A DNA stretch of 63,264 nt, counting the filler, from Licmophora abbreviata (taxonomy: Eukaryota): NCBI GenBank assembly GCA_900291995.1. It is 11 parts of 11 records of this genome, joined end to end, with 100 filler letters (N's around TTAATTAATTAA, not from the genome) between each part and the next. Parts side by side here need not be neighbours in the genome. Positions count along the whole stretch, not along the records: positions 59,446 to 63,264 come from OLMU01004432.1; 10 more parts are not named here. One strand, 5' to 3'. This document shows, piece after piece, positions 60,053 through 63,264 of this stretch. Within the stretch, counting starts at the first letter, position 1. Each line of letters starts with the position of its first letter. The translations under genes and the position numbers were made by a program. The notes beneath the pieces are model-generated. The model had not been told where the DNA came from. It searched no databases and was given only the letters and a program-made list of their open reading frames with translations.

Positions 60053-61045
60053 ATGCAGTCCGATCACTCTCCCTTTGTTGACACCTCCGAGGAGACCACG
60101 TCGCTTGTGAACGCTCCCGTTGGAGTTATCGATTTGGCAGAGGACGGACTCGTGTTTGACTCGTCGCCCAGCTCAAACGCTGCCACCTTTTCCCCGTCGC
60201 CCAAGTCAAACTCGACGCGGCCTTCTGTGCTTGATCTAGGCGTTCTTCAAGTCCCCGACACGAAGCACCACATTGGACGCTCTGGAAAAGTCCAGTGCAC
60301 CATGTCAGAGCGCGACGGCGGAAACAAGATTGTTCTGTCGTATCAGCTCGAGAATGGCGTCGAGATTCCCGTATTGATGGCCGTTCGTCAGAGCACAGTC
60401 AAGGTGCTTCCCAAGTACCACATTTTCGATATTTCAGCCGATGGAAACTCCCACACGAATCTCACCAAGGACGATCAGCAGTATCTTGGCAAGATCCGTC
60501 GCGACAAGAACATTCGCATCCATGCGTTTGCTCTGAGCGTGCCAGCCAAAAACGACGGATTGGAGGACTCGGACGAGAGCGACATGGAGCAGGTGATGTA
60601 CCTTCTCTACGAGCTTCCCTCGCTAACAAGTGTCTTGCTTCGTAAGGACCCGCCTCGTCGTGCCCAGCTTGCAATGTACGACGAAGGTTCCGACATCGAT
60701 GGGTTCGGAAATCGCTTGTCTTACATGGTGTCTACGAGCAAGAAGTCGACCGGTCACTTGGACCAGGTCGCCTCGTCTTCGTCCGGTCTCTTTGCCTTTG
60801 CCAACAAGGAGCCATACAAGAAGGCGAACGGCGATCTTGCGTTGAACTTTGGTGGGCGTTGCCGTCGCGCTCATTCGGGAAATATGCAGATCTCAGCTCC
60901 CGCTCAGTCCAGTTCCTCCGTTTCTTCCGACGTGGTCCTCCAGGTGTGCAAGTGGGAGAAGAACAAGTTCAACGTCGATTTCCGTGCACCCTTCAACGCG
61001 TTCCAAGCCTTTGCCTTCGCTGTTGCTCAGATCTCCGATTACTAA
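60053..61045 (+). CDS. Tubby C-terminal-domain protein (divergent)
   Basis: YLGKIR, NKEP..LALNFGGR..NMQI, VLQ..KNKFNVDFRAPFNAFQAFAFAV. Confidence 0.8.
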   Translation: MQSDHSPFVDTSEETTSLVNAPVGVIDLAEDGLVFDSSPSSNAATFSPSPKSNSTRPSVLDLGVLQVPDTKHHIGRSGKVQCTMSERDGGNKIVLSYQLENGVEIPVLMAVRQSTVKVLPKYHIFDISADGNSHTNLTKDDQQYLGKIRRDKNIRIHAFALSVPAKNDGLEDSDESDMEQVMYLLYELPSLTSVLLRKDPPRRAQLAMYDEGSDIDGFGNRLSYMVSTSKKSTGHLDQVASSSSGLFAFANKEPYKKANGDLALNFGGRCRRAHSGNMQISAPAQSSSSVSSDVVLQVCKWEKNKFNVDFRAPFNAFQAFAFAVAQISDY

Positions 61046-61251
61046 ACTCTTGAGCAGAGAGGTGCCAGGGTTCCCAGCAGAAAGTTTCGTTCTGTAGTTA
61101 CCGTGCACGTGGCACGGAAGTGAGTCATTCAATTCATGTTAGTAGTAGTTTGAAGTTCTAAAGATAAACGAGGCAGTTGTTCCTCTACTCGTAGTCGATC
61201 AAACACATCAACTGTCCATTCATCTTCGTTGGCACAGCCGTCATGCTCGCC

Positions 61252-62860
<1,609 letters not shown>

Positions 62861-62995
62861 TCACACGAGAAGGTACAGACGGAAGGACTGTTTGCGTGCA
62901 TCCGCGCAATTTCCGTAGCTCGCATCGTGACGTGGGAGCTCGACAGTTCGAAAATAAAAAAGTGACGAGAAAAAGTAAGTTCTCGACCACCATCC

Positions 62996-63264
62996 ATGAC
63001 CATGACGGAAACAGCGTCGAAACGGCAGCGGCTGGAAGACCCAGACGCACCAAATAAAGCGAAAGAGGACATTTGTATAGTAAAAGAGGAAGTGAGGCTG
63101 TCATGTGTAGTAGTAGTACCGAATGACAATCCACAGAGAGAAAAAGTCGACACGACTAGTACAGGCACTACAAGTGTTACAACAGCTGCACATCAGGAGG
63201 ACACCTCCACTACTACTCTTCCGACTTGCAGGTTGTATATTGGTGGTTTGCACCCACGATTAGC
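62996..63264 (+). CDS. Start of a probable RRM protein (3' truncated by window edge)
   Basis: Open frame MTMTETASKRQRLE... ending RLYIGGLHPRL, an RNP2-like motif. Confidence 0.6.
   Translation, partial: MTMTETASKRQRLEDPDAPNKAKEDICIVKEEVRLSCVVVVPNDNPQREKVDTTSTGTTSVTTAAHQEDTSTTTLPTCRLYIGGLHPRL

Overview
Gene-dense eukaryotic nuclear DNA from a diatom, most likely pennate; the species cannot be determined from the window. The assignment rests on short GT-AG introns, bipartite plastid presequences with ASAFAP-type cleavage sites, an Lhcf/FCP antenna gene, an aureochrome and a mitochondrially targeted enolase. About 33 protein-coding genes or gene fragments are present, and ten artificial 100-nt scaffold spacers (44 N + TTAATTAATTAA + 44 N) interrupt several of them. 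I recognised no tRNA, rRNA, CRISPR array or transposon. Best new observations: (1) a three-exon, 87-aa gene missed by the ORF track (2574-3110) that joins a plastid presequence to a 12-Cys/4-His metallothionein-like tail; (2) an EDEM-type GH47 mannosidase with an OS-9-like MRH lectin domain at its N-terminus; (3) RPB1 lacking all four ligands of its first zinc site; (4) a dense ACGT/CCRE-like motif cluster upstream of an uncharacterised plastid-protein gene. Family assignments come from motif recognition by eye, not from database searches.
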